Shown one piece after another: positions 26,785 through 35,680 of a DNA stretch of 64,000 nucleotides (its first letter is position 1; the number at the start of each line of letters is the position of its first letter). The notes beneath the pieces are model-generated. The model saw only the letters and a program-made list of their open reading frames with translations. It did not search any database and was not told the DNA's origin. A program made the position numbers and the translations under genes. The DNA comes from Candidatus Fermentibacteraceae bacterium (GTDB lineage Bacteria > Fermentibacterota > Fermentibacteria > Fermentibacterales > JCC-6): contig JBGSZS010000011.1 in assembly GCA_041750285.1 (NCBI GenBank), forward strand, positions 47,202 to 111,201. Direction: 5' to 3'.

Positions 26785-27446
26785 CCTTTTTCGGATCGGT
26801 GATCTTCGATCTTGACGGAACACTTCTCGACAGCATGCCCGACATCATGAGGGTGGGCAATGAACTCATGCGCAGGAACGGACTCGCCCCGCGCTCACGG
26901 GATGACTTCAGGGCTGCCGTGGGCATGGGCCTCGAGGAACTTTACCGTCGCATCCTCGGCCCGGACGCGCCAGCCCGCCTTGTCGAGCGGATGGCGTCCG
27001 AGGCCGGGGAGGCCCACGAGAAAGTTGCAGAGAGCACCGCAGCGCCCTACCCGGGCATTCCCGGGCTTCTTCTGCAGCTTGCTGAATGCGGAGTTCGAAT
27101 GGGCGTGCTTTCGAACAAGCCCCATGGGGCGGTTACCGGAAGTCTCGAACGCTTCTTCCCCGGGACGCGGTTCGAGGCGGTGAGGGGTGCGCTTCCCGGC
27201 AGACCGGTCAAGCCGGGAAGGGAGACCGTCCTTGCCATGCTGGCTGGGATGGGCGTCAAGCCCGGTGATACAGCAATGGTGGGCGACGGCGAACCCGACA
27301 TGCGGGTGGCAGTGGCCGCCCGTATGATTCCCGTAGGTTGCACATGGGGATTCACGCCTGCCTTCAGGCTGAAGGAGCTTGGAGCAAGGTATCTCGCGGA
27401 TGATCCGGAAGAGCTCGGGAGGATAATCAGGACGGGGAAGAAATGA
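26781..27446 (+). CDS. HAD-superfamily phosphatase (phosphoglycolate phosphatase-like)
   Basis: VIFDLDGTLLDS (motif I), SNK (motif II) and GDGEPD (motif III/IV). GTG at 26781 forms a GTGA overlap with the peroxiredoxin stop; 26766 is an alternative start. Confidence 0.8.
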   Translation: MTFFGSVIFDLDGTLLDSMPDIMRVGNELMRRNGLAPRSRDDFRAAVGMGLEELYRRILGPDAPARLVERMASEAGEAHEKVAESTAAPYPGIPGLLLQLAECGVRMGVLSNKPHGAVTGSLERFFPGTRFEAVRGALPGRPVKPGRETVLAMLAGMGVKPGDTAMVGDGEPDMRVAVAARMIPVGCTWGFTPAFRLKELGARYLADDPEELGRIIRTGKK

Positions 27447-28350
27447 CCCTGAGGATCGGCCCCGTATCGAACTCAAGTCTTTCGGGTACCTTCTGAAAGG
27501 TCTGGAACTCGCCGTCGAGTTCAAGAAGAACATCCCCATCGGGAATCACGGAGAAAGTGGCCGCCCTTGCACCGATGGCCTGTTTCATGTCCATAAGGCT
27601 CCCGTTGAAGATCCTTCCGATGTTTGCGGCTATCGTTGCGAACCGCACCGGGGCTATCCGTACCGCGTCAAGCAGCCCGTCGTCGATCACCGCTCCCGGG
27701 GAGAGGCTCATGCCGCCTCCGCTGAACCTTCCCACACCAATCGTCAGGGAGAAGTAGCGACCGGAGTGAAAGGCCTTTCCGTCGGCGAGTACAGTTGCGC
27801 TGAACCCGGGGGGATGCAGTGCGGCAACGAAAAGTGAAACAAGGTAGCCACTTTTCTTGAGGGGCAGCAGCTTTCTCAGTGCAAGGGTCCTTTTCAGCAC
27901 GAAAGCATCGAAACCGAGCCCCGCTGAGTTCATGAACGGTTTTCGAACGCCGTCAACCGTGCATACGCCGGTATCTACGGCCCTGATGAAACCCTGCTTC
28001 AGCAGCCTGACGGCTTCGGCCCTGTCCTGCGGGATGCCAAGGCTTCTTATCCAGTCGTTCCCGCTGCCGGCTGGTATATGGCAGAGAACCGGAGGTGTCT
28101 CGATGGATGAGAGGACGGATCCAACAGATGAGAGTGTTCCGTCGCCGCCGAAAACTGCAACACCGCCAAAGCCTTCAGCAATAGCCTGCTGTGAAAGGGC
28201 AGAAGTGGTGGAGGGGTGACTCGTGAAGGCATGCGAAAAATCGAGTCCCGCAGTTTCAAGCAGGTGCTGAGTTTCGGGCCAGGCCCCCGCTGCAGCACCG
28301 CCTGAAGCCGCGGGGTTCACAATGATGAACCATCTCCCGTGGTATTCCAT
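27427..28350 (-). CDS. diacylglycerol/lipid kinase family protein (YegS/BmrU-like)
   Basis: IIVNPAASGG and VFGGDGT motifs. The start is taken at MEYHGRWFIIVNP. Confidence 0.8.
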   Translation of the reverse strand: MEYHGRWFIIVNPAASGGAAAGAWPETQHLLETAGLDFSHAFTSHPSTTSALSQQAIAEGFGGVAVFGGDGTLSSVGSVLSSIETPPVLCHIPAGSGNDWIRSLGIPQDRAEAVRLLKQGFIRAVDTGVCTVDGVRKPFMNSAGLGFDAFVLKRTLALRKLLPLKKSGYLVSLFVAALHPPGFSATVLADGKAFHSGRYFSLTIGVGRFSGGGMSLSPGAVIDDGLLDAVRIAPVRFATIAANIGRIFNGSLMDMKQAIGARAATFSVIPDGDVLLELDGEFQTFQKVPERLEFDTGPILRVISSPS

Positions 28351-28378
28351 GCCGGGAATATGAACAGGAAACAACGGG

Positions 28379-28406
28379 TTGACGAAACCTTCCCAGTGTG
28401 TAGAAT
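28379..28406 (+). promoter_or_regulatory. sigma70-like promoter of the rex-hyd operon
   Basis: TTGACG-N16-TAGAAT. Confidence 0.5.
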
Positions 28407-28413
28407 ATGAGTG

Positions 28414-28431
28414 TTGTGAAATTGGTAACAG
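28414..28431. promoter_or_regulatory. Rex-box-like site 1 (TTGTGAA-ATTG-GTAACAG)
   Basis: The left half matches the Rex consensus TTGTGAA-N4-TTCACAA perfectly; the right half matches 4 of 7. It lies directly downstream of the -10 element. Confidence 0.35.
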
Positions 28432-28453
28432 CGTTACGGAAAAAACAATGACT

Positions 28454-28471
28454 TTGTGATTGGTGGGACAA
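28454..28471. promoter_or_regulatory. Rex-box-like site 2 (TTGTGAT-TGGT-GGGACAA)
   Basis: Left half matches 6 of 7, right half 4 of 7. It abuts the rex start codon. Confidence 0.3.
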
Positions 28472-29107
28472 ATGAGGCCTGCGATACCGGCAAACACTGT
28501 TGAAAGGCTCAGCCTGTACCGAAGACTTCTCGAGGCATGGCTGGAAAAGGGGACTGTAAGCCTTTACTCGCATCAGATAGCCTCGATGGCCTGCGTGACA
28601 CCGGCACAGGTGAGGCGTGACCTGATGGCGATAGGTTACACGGGCAGCCCCAGCAGGGGTTACTCGGTCGATGCCCTTGAAGAGAGCATCGCTCTGTTCC
28701 TCGGCAGCGACCAGGTCAGGAAGATCGCGCTGGTTGGGATGGGAAACCTCGGAAGGGCGCTGACCACCTACTTCACATCACGCGTTCCACGCTTCAAGAT
28801 GGCCGCCGCCTTTGACACCGATTCAAGAAAGACCGGCCGGGTGATAGCCGGATGCATGGTTTACGGCATTGAGGAGATTCCCCGCATCATCCCCGCCGAA
28901 GGCATCCGAACAGCAGTCCTGGCCCTTCCGGTAGACAGCGCCCAGGAGATGGCAGACCGCCTCGTGAACGCCGGGATAAAGGGCATTCTCAATTACGCGC
29001 CGGTTCCTCTCAGGCTGCCGGCGGATGTATTCTTGGAAAACCGGGATGTGACCGCCTCCCTCGAGAAGGTGGCGTTCTTCTCCGGACAGCCCCGGGAAGG
29101 AAGCTGA
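28472..29107 (+). CDS. rex: redox-sensing transcriptional repressor Rex
   Basis: N-terminal winged helix (RLSLYRRLL) plus the Rossmann motif LVGMGNLGRAL. Confidence 0.85.
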   Translation: MRPAIPANTVERLSLYRRLLEAWLEKGTVSLYSHQIASMACVTPAQVRRDLMAIGYTGSPSRGYSVDALEESIALFLGSDQVRKIALVGMGNLGRALTTYFTSRVPRFKMAAAFDTDSRKTGRVIAGCMVYGIEEIPRIIPAEGIRTAVLALPVDSAQEMADRLVNAGIKGILNYAPVPLRLPADVFLENRDVTASLEKVAFFSGQPREGS

Positions 29108-29110
29108 TCC

Positions 29111-29587
29111 ATGGGCGAGTGCAAAGTTGCCAGGGTGCTTGGAAAGTATCCTGGAGCAGGCAGGGACAAGCTGATCCCCATCCTCCAGGAGGTTCAGGAG
29201 GCGGAGGGATTCCTCCGAAGGGAAGCCGTGGTGATGATCGGTCGGCATCTGGGTGTTCCGACCAGCCAGATCTTCGGCGTTGCCACCTTTTACAACCAGT
29301 TCAGGTTTGAGCCGGTGGGAAGGTTCCACATCCAGATCTGCCGGGGAACCGCCTGTCACGTGAAGGGTTCGGCAAAGCTTCTGGATACGCTCAAACGCGA
29401 ACTTGGCGTGGAGCCGGGAAGGACCACCAGGGATGGGCTGTTCAGCATCGAGGTGGTGGCCTGCATCGGCGCCTGCGGACTTGCCCCCGTGATCTCCATA
29501 AATGGCGAGTTCCATGCCAGGGTGACTCCCGAGGAGATACCGGTTCTTCTGGAAGGCTGCCGCAAAAAATCACGGGAGGTGAGCTGA
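29111..29587 (+). CDS. hydC: NuoE-like [2Fe-2S] subunit of an NAD(P)-linked [FeFe]-hydrogenase
   Basis: The CRGTACHVKG...ACIGACGLAP four-Cys pattern of thioredoxin-like [2Fe-2S] NuoE/HydC/HndA. Confidence 0.85.
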   Translation: MGECKVARVLGKYPGAGRDKLIPILQEVQEAEGFLRREAVVMIGRHLGVPTSQIFGVATFYNQFRFEPVGRFHIQICRGTACHVKGSAKLLDTLKRELGVEPGRTTRDGLFSIEVVACIGACGLAPVISINGEFHARVTPEEIPVLLEGCRKKSREVS

Positions 29588-31578
29588 TGCCCGTGATACT
29601 GGACAACTGCTGCGGTCTGTGCACCCATTCCCCAGCCTCTCCCTGCCCGCAGGCCGTGGAATGCCTCAGCGACGGGCCGCTCTGCCACAGTGATGAATCC
29701 TGCGCGCTAAAAAGGGAGTCGTGGAAGACCGCTGTGAGCCACAGTGGAAAAAAGACCCCGGTCATCTTCGTTGGAGCCGGTACCTGCGGCCTCGGTGCGG
29801 GGGCGGCGGCTACGATGGTTGCGATCCGTGAGTTTCTCGAAGCCCGCTCGCTGGAATGCATAATGGTGGAGGTCGGCTGCATAGGCCTTTGTGCAGTGGA
29901 GCCGATAGTCGACATCGAGCTGCCGGGCAGACCAAGGGTCTCCTTCATGGAAGTCACGCATGACCGGGTTGGCGTTCTTCTCGATTCCATGCTTGTGAGG
30001 GGTGAGGTGCCTTCCAAAATGGCGCTCTGTCAGTTCCCGGGAAGCGGTGAGCCGTGGAGCGGGGTCCCCCTCTTCAACGAACATCCCTTCTTTGCCCCAC
30101 AGACGAGATGGGTCCTCGAGAACTGCGGCATAATGGACCCGGTGAGCCTTGATGAATACATGGCGGAAGGCGGATACCGCGCCTTCTCGACGGCCCTCAG
30201 GACACTCACGCCCGACCAGGTCTGTTCCATCGTCGAAGGGAGCGGCCTCAGGGGAAGGGGCGGCGGCGGCTTCCCCACGGGAAGGAAATGGCGGTTCGCC
30301 CTGAACACCCCCTCGGGATCCAAGTATGTGATCTGCAATGCGGATGAGGGTGATCCCGGGGCATTCATGGACAGGGCGGTCATCGAGGGTGACCCCCACA
30401 GGCTGATCGAAGGGATAGCCATTGCCTCGTATGCTGTGGGAGCCAACAACGCCTACATCTACATAAGGGCCGAGTACCCCCTGGCGATCCGGAGGCTGAA
30501 GGTTGCCCTGGAGCAGGCGGAGAGGAATGGCCTGCTCGGAACCAACATCTTCGACAGCGGCTTCGATCTTCACATCATGATAAAAATGGGCGCAGGCGCT
30601 TTCGTATGCGGCGAGGAGACGGCCCTGATCCACAGCATCGAGGGCCAGAGGGGCATGCCTTCTCCAAAGCCGCCGTTCCCCGCGGTCAGCGGGCTCTTCG
30701 GCAAACCCACGGTGATCAACAATGTAGAGACGCTTGCCAACGTTCCCGGGATCATCCGCCAGGGCGCGGAGTGGTTCCGATCCAAAGGCACTCCGAACAG
30801 CCCGGGAACAAAGGTGTTCGCCCTTTCAGGCAAGATCGCGAACACAGGGCTGATCGAGGTCGCCATGGGGATAAGCCTTGATGAGATCCTGTTCGGAATG
30901 GGTGGCGGCATTCCCAACGGCAAGGCCTTCAAGGCGGTTCAGATCGGCGGCCCTTCAGGCGGTTGCATACCGGCAGGCCATACCGACCTCCTCATCGACT
31001 ACGAATCCCTGGGTGCATTCGGAGCCATGATGGGTTCAGGCGGACTCGTGGTTATGGATGAGGACACCTGCATGGTGGATGTGGCCAAGTTCTTCATGGA
31101 CTTCATACAAAGGGAAAGCTGCGGCAAGTGCATCCCCTGCCGCGAGGGCACCCGCCGGATGCTCGAGATACTCAGGGCCATAACCCGCGGTTACCGTGAC
31201 GAGACCCCTGAGCAGTCCCTTGAAAGGTTCAGGGGCATACTGAACCTGGAGAGGCTCGGGCAGGTCATCAGGAAGACCAGCCTCTGCGGCCTTGGCCAGA
31301 CCGCTCCCAACCCTGTGCTCAGCACGCTCAGGTGGTTCAGGGACGAGTACGAAGCGCACATCTTCGAGAGAAGGTGTCCCGCGGGGGTCTGCACGGGGCT
31401 GCTCACCTACTCCATTGACGAGGAGAAGTGCCGCGGATGCACCCTCTGTGCCAAAAAATGTCCCTCCGGCGCCATCAAGGGCGCAAGGAAGAGCCCCCAT
31501 TACATAGTGACCCAGGAATGCATCGGATGCGGCGCCTGCCTTGAGGTCTGCCCCTTCGGCGCCGTCAAGGTTCAGTGA
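29587..31578 (+). CDS. hydB: NuoF-like flavoprotein subunit of an NAD(P)-linked [FeFe]-hydrogenase
   Basis: GRGGGGFPTGRKW FMN/NADH site, CGKCIPCREG N3-type cluster and a C-terminal 2x[4Fe-4S] ferredoxin domain. Extra Cys-rich N-terminus. Confidence 0.9.
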   Translation: MPVILDNCCGLCTHSPASPCPQAVECLSDGPLCHSDESCALKRESWKTAVSHSGKKTPVIFVGAGTCGLGAGAAATMVAIREFLEARSLECIMVEVGCIGLCAVEPIVDIELPGRPRVSFMEVTHDRVGVLLDSMLVRGEVPSKMALCQFPGSGEPWSGVPLFNEHPFFAPQTRWVLENCGIMDPVSLDEYMAEGGYRAFSTALRTLTPDQVCSIVEGSGLRGRGGGGFPTGRKWRFALNTPSGSKYVICNADEGDPGAFMDRAVIEGDPHRLIEGIAIASYAVGANNAYIYIRAEYPLAIRRLKVALEQAERNGLLGTNIFDSGFDLHIMIKMGAGAFVCGEETALIHSIEGQRGMPSPKPPFPAVSGLFGKPTVINNVETLANVPGIIRQGAEWFRSKGTPNSPGTKVFALSGKIANTGLIEVAMGISLDEILFGMGGGIPNGKAFKAVQIGGPSGGCIPAGHTDLLIDYESLGAFGAMMGSGGLVVMDEDTCMVDVAKFFMDFIQRESCGKCIPCREGTRRMLEILRAITRGYRDETPEQSLERFRGILNLERLGQVIRKTSLCGLGQTAPNPVLSTLRWFRDEYEAHIFERRCPAGVCTGLLTYSIDEEKCRGCTLCAKKCPSGAIKGARKSPHYIVTQECIGCGACLEVCPFGAVKVQ

Positions 31579-31590
31579 GGAAGGTTGGCA

Positions 31591-33306
31591 ATGAAGATCA
31601 CACTGAACGGAAGAACAATGGAGGCAAGGGAAGGCGAGACCATCCTCTCCGCTGCGAGAAGGCTGGGACTCGACATTCCCACGCTCTGTCACATGGAGGG
31701 CCTTCCGCCAACCGGCACCTGCCGAGTGTGCGTGGTGGAGGACCGCAAGACCGGGAAGCTCATACCCTCCTGCTCCTTCCCCGTATCCGACGGGATGGAC
31801 ATCGCAACCCATTCCAACCAGGCCGTTGCCGCCAGGAAGACGATAATCGAGCTCCTTCTCGCATCACACCCCGACGACTGCCTTTACTGCCCGGGGAACG
31901 GAACCTGTGTTCTTCAGCGATACGCACAGGAGCTGGGGGTCAGGCAGAGGAGCTATTCGGGAGCCAGGAACAGGATCAATCTCGACGTGTCAAGCCCGTC
32001 CATAATCCGCGATCCGGAGAAGTGCATACTCTGCGGAAGGTGCGTGAGGGTCTGCTCCGAAGTTCAGGGAGTCTCGGCCATCGATTTCACCGGAAGGGGC
32101 AGCAGCGCACAGATCGGGTGCGCGTTCAACGAGGGGCTGAACGTTTCCAGCTGCGTGAACTGCGGACAGTGCGTGATGGTCTGCCCCACGGGCGCCCTCA
32201 CGGAGCGCAGGGATGTGGACAGGGTTCTCAAGGCTCTTGACGACCCTTCGATGACCGTGGTCGTTCAGCACGCGCCGGCCGTTTCCGTCACACTCGCAGA
32301 GGAGTTCGGGATCAAGCCCGGAAGCGAAATCGTCGACAGGATGAACGCAGCTTTCAGAAGGATGGGGTTCGACAGGGTTTTCCCGACAAGCTTCAGCGCC
32401 GACCTCACAGTGATGGAGGAAGCCCACGAGCTTGTTCAGAGGGTTCGCAGCGGAGGCCCTTTCCCCATGTTCACGAGCTGTTCTCCGGGCTGGATCAAGT
32501 ACCTCGAGGAGTTCTTCCCACAGATGCTCGGCAACGCTTCCACATGCAAGAGCCCCCAGCAGATGATGGGTGCCGTCATAAAAAGGCTCTGGGCTCCCGC
32601 CTCAGGTCTCGACCCGAGGAAGGTCTTCAGTGTTTCCGTCATGCCCTGCACGGCAAAGAAGTTCGAAGCCGCCAGACCGGAGATGGGGGATGGGGCACCC
32701 GATGTTGACGCAGTCATAACCACCAGGGAACTGGCGGAGATGGTCCGGATGTTCGGAATAGACATTTCTTCGCTGGAAGGCGAGGAAGCCGACAGCCCCT
32801 TCGGTGAGAGAAGCTCGGCCGGCAAGCTTTTCGGCGCCTCGGGCGGCGTCATGGAAGCCGCAGCCAGAACCGCCTACCACATGCTCACGGGAGAAAACCT
32901 CAAGGAATTGAGGATCGAGGCGGTCAGGGGACTGGATGACGTTAAGGAAACAAGGCTGACCATTGCCGGGATCGAGCTGAAACTGGCGGTGGTGAGCGGA
33001 CTTGGCAATGCGGGACGACTGCTGCGTGACATCATCGATGGGAAGCGGGAGTACCACTTCGTTGAGGTCATGACATGCCCCGGTGGCTGCATCAACGGTG
33101 GTGGCCAGCCATTCCTCACCGATCCGGAGAGGGTCAGGGCAAGGATGCAGAGCCTGTACGAGATCGACAGGAACGCGACACTCAGGGTCGCCCACGAGAA
33201 CAGATCGATCGCCGCGCTCTACCGTGATCATCTTGACGAACCCGGCAGCGGAAAGGCCCATCACATCCTTCACACCACATATTCTCCCAGGGAGGTTCTC
33301 AGGTAG
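31591..33306 (+). CDS. hydA: [FeFe]-hydrogenase large (H-cluster) subunit, CpI-like domain layout
   Basis: N-terminal 2Fe-2S plus His-ligated 4Fe-4S plus 2x[4Fe-4S]. H-cluster motifs L2 MPCTAKKFE and L3 EVMTCPGGCINGGGQP are canonical; L1 reads TSCSPGW. ATG at 31591 follows GAGGAAGG. Confidence 0.9.
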   Translation: MKITLNGRTMEAREGETILSAARRLGLDIPTLCHMEGLPPTGTCRVCVVEDRKTGKLIPSCSFPVSDGMDIATHSNQAVAARKTIIELLLASHPDDCLYCPGNGTCVLQRYAQELGVRQRSYSGARNRINLDVSSPSIIRDPEKCILCGRCVRVCSEVQGVSAIDFTGRGSSAQIGCAFNEGLNVSSCVNCGQCVMVCPTGALTERRDVDRVLKALDDPSMTVVVQHAPAVSVTLAEEFGIKPGSEIVDRMNAAFRRMGFDRVFPTSFSADLTVMEEAHELVQRVRSGGPFPMFTSCSPGWIKYLEEFFPQMLGNASTCKSPQQMMGAVIKRLWAPASGLDPRKVFSVSVMPCTAKKFEAARPEMGDGAPDVDAVITTRELAEMVRMFGIDISSLEGEEADSPFGERSSAGKLFGASGGVMEAAARTAYHMLTGENLKELRIEAVRGLDDVKETRLTIAGIELKLAVVSGLGNAGRLLRDIIDGKREYHFVEVMTCPGGCINGGGQPFLTDPERVRARMQSLYEIDRNATLRVAHENRSIAALYRDHLDEPGSGKAHHILHTTYSPREVLR

Positions 33307-35325
33307 ATGGATTCAATACAGGAACCCCTGGTACAGACGGTTCCCGAGAAGTGCAGGGTCTGTTACACCTGCGTCCGGGAATGCCCCGCCAAGGCGATAA
33401 GGATTCAGGAGGGGCAGGCCGAGGTTGTCACCGAGAGGTGCATCGCCTGCGGCAATTGCGTCAAGGTCTGCACAAGGGGCGCCAAGAAGGCCAGGGTGAA
33501 CATCTCCGACGTGGAGACGCTCCTCGCTTCCGGCCGCAGGGTGGCTGCCATGATCGCGCCAAGTTTTCCAGCCGATTTTCCTGGCATCACACCCCGGAAG
33601 CTGGTGGGGATGCTCAACAAACTGGGCTTTCACCCGGTGACCGAGGTCGCATTCGGCGCAGACCTCGTTGCCCATGCCTACAGGGAGCTTCTGCGCAGCC
33701 ATCCCGACAGGCGTTACATAGCCGTGAACTGTCCCGCTGTCGTGACCTATGTTGAGAAGTACATGCCGCAGCTGATCCCATTCCTCGCACCGATCGTTTC
33801 GCCGATGGTAGCCGAGGCCAGGGTGGTGAGGCGGTTCTACGGCGATGACACCGCAGTGGTCTTCATCGGTCCCTGCATCGCGAAGAAGGACGAAGCGCCT
33901 TCCGAGGTTGACCAGGTCCTGACGTTCATAGAACTGCAGGAACTCTTCAGGAAGGCCGGCATCAACCCGGACCAGGTCGAGGAGGCATCCTTCAATCCGC
34001 CGTCCCCCGGTCTCGGCATGGTCTTCCCCATAAGCGGGGGCATGCTTCAAGCCGCCGACATCAAGGAAGACCTGGTGTCGGGAGACATAGTTACCGCCGA
34101 GGGCAGGGCGGGATTCCTCGAGGCCCTGAAAGAGTTCGGCAACATGGACATGGACGCAAGGCTCCTGGAGCTGCTCTGCTGCGACGGCTGCATCATGGGC
34201 CCGGGGATGTCGACGAAGGAAGCCATCTTCAGGCGCCGCGCAAGGATCAGCCAGTACTCCAGGAACAAGCTCGAAGAGATAAACTTCAACCACTGGAACG
34301 TGGCCATGGAGCGGGCGGGCGAGGTCGACCTCGAAAGGGGTTTCGCGGAAAAGGACACAAGGCTTTCGTCACCGGAAGAGGACGATGTTCATGAGATCCT
34401 CCACCGGATGGGCAAGTTCACGCCCGAAGACGAGCTCAACTGCGGTGCCTGCGGGTACGACACCTGCCGCGAGCACGCCATCGCCATACTCAAGGGGCTC
34501 GCCGAGAGCGAGATGTGCCTTCCCTATGCGATAGACCAGCTGAAGCTGACCGTTGACGAACTGGCTGGAACAAGGGTCGCCCTGAAGCACGCCGAGAAGA
34601 TGGCCGGCATGGGCCAGCTTGCCGCCGGCATAGCACATGAGGTGAACAATCCCCTTGGTGTGGTGCTGATGTACGCCCACACGCTTCTGGACGAAAGGTC
34701 GGCCCAAGACCCGGAACTGGCCGAAGACCTCAGGACGATCGCCGTGCACGCGGACCGGTGCAAGAAGATCGTGGCCGGCCTGCTCGATTTCGCAAGGCAG
34801 AACAAGGTCTCCCGCAGGGAAACCGATCTGCCCGCATTCGCTGTGAAAGTCGCGTCGGACCTGCCGAGGCCCGACGGTGTGGAGTTCATGACCGAAAACA
34901 GGATGAGGGACCCGATGGTGAGCCTCGATGACGACCAGTTCGCCCAGGTCGTGATCAATCTCGTCCAGAACGCATACCAGGCAATGAGCGGCGGAGGCAG
35001 GCTGCTGCTGTCCTTCGATGACCGCGACAACAAGGTCAGCATGAAGGTCACCGATACCGGCACGGGGATCGAACCCGAGAACATGAAGAAGATCTTCGAG
35101 CCCTTTTTCACCACCAAGCCCAGGGGCAAGGGTACGGGGCTCGGGCTTGCGGTGACCTATGGAATAGTGAAAATGCACCGTGGAGGGATAACGGCCGTTT
35201 CCAACACCGACCCCGGGAAGGGTCCCACGGGCACCACATTCACAGTCACCCTCCCCCGGAGGGTCAATGAGGATGAAGGAAGGACCGACAATGAAGGAGC
35301 ACCTGACAATTCTCCTGGTGGATGA
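33307..35325 (+). CDS. sensory (HydS-like, group C) [FeFe]-hydrogenase domain fused to a histidine kinase
   Basis: 2x[4Fe-4S] ferredoxin, degenerate H-domain motifs (VNCP, GPCIAKKDE, LLCCDGCIMGPG), a CGACGYDTC motif, then the HisKA H-box HEVNNPL and HATPase_c (DTGTGI, GTGLGL). Confidence 0.8.
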   Translation: MDSIQEPLVQTVPEKCRVCYTCVRECPAKAIRIQEGQAEVVTERCIACGNCVKVCTRGAKKARVNISDVETLLASGRRVAAMIAPSFPADFPGITPRKLVGMLNKLGFHPVTEVAFGADLVAHAYRELLRSHPDRRYIAVNCPAVVTYVEKYMPQLIPFLAPIVSPMVAEARVVRRFYGDDTAVVFIGPCIAKKDEAPSEVDQVLTFIELQELFRKAGINPDQVEEASFNPPSPGLGMVFPISGGMLQAADIKEDLVSGDIVTAEGRAGFLEALKEFGNMDMDARLLELLCCDGCIMGPGMSTKEAIFRRRARISQYSRNKLEEINFNHWNVAMERAGEVDLERGFAEKDTRLSSPEEDDVHEILHRMGKFTPEDELNCGACGYDTCREHAIAILKGLAESEMCLPYAIDQLKLTVDELAGTRVALKHAEKMAGMGQLAAGIAHEVNNPLGVVLMYAHTLLDERSAQDPELAEDLRTIAVHADRCKKIVAGLLDFARQNKVSRRETDLPAFAVKVASDLPRPDGVEFMTENRMRDPMVSLDDDQFAQVVINLVQNAYQAMSGGGRLLLSFDDRDNKVSMKVTDTGTGIEPENMKKIFEPFFTTKPRGKGTGLGLAVTYGIVKMHRGGITAVSNTDPGKGPTGTTFTVTLPRRVNEDEGRTDNEGAPDNSPGG

Positions 35326-35680
35326 CGACCAGGATTTCATAGAACAGATGCGTTACATGCTCGAGAGCGCCGGGCATATCGTTCACTCGGCTCCCGGACG
35401 CGAGAAGGCCATGGAGGCCCTCGATGGCATGAAGCCCGACCTTGCCGTCATCGACCTGATGATGGACCGGAACGACGACGGTTTCGTGCTTGCATACAGG
35501 ATGAAGAAGATGTATCCGGAGGTGCCGGTCATAATGGTGACCGCCGTTACGAGCGAAACCGGAATCGACTTCGGTTCCTCCGCAGATACCGGCGGCTGGA
35601 TGAGGGCCGACGCCCTTCTCCAGAAACCCGTGCGGTTCGAACAGCTCGATGCCACGATGCGGCGGCTTCTGAATGGCTGA
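35291..35680 (+). CDS. single-domain response regulator (REC only)
   Basis: ILLVDDDQDF and the phospho-acceptor context DLAVIDLMM. About 130 aa with no output domain. Confidence 0.8.
   Translation: MKEHLTILLVDDDQDFIEQMRYMLESAGHIVHSAPGREKAMEALDGMKPDLAVIDLMMDRNDDGFVLAYRMKKMYPEVPVIMVTAVTSETGIDFGSSADTGGWMRADALLQKPVRFEQLDATMRRLLNG

Noticed and set aside
31575-32240. 221-aa + strand ORF overlapping the hydA 5' half in another frame.
   Set aside because: Arg/Gly-rich nonsense translation. The hydA frame carries all the Fe-S motifs.
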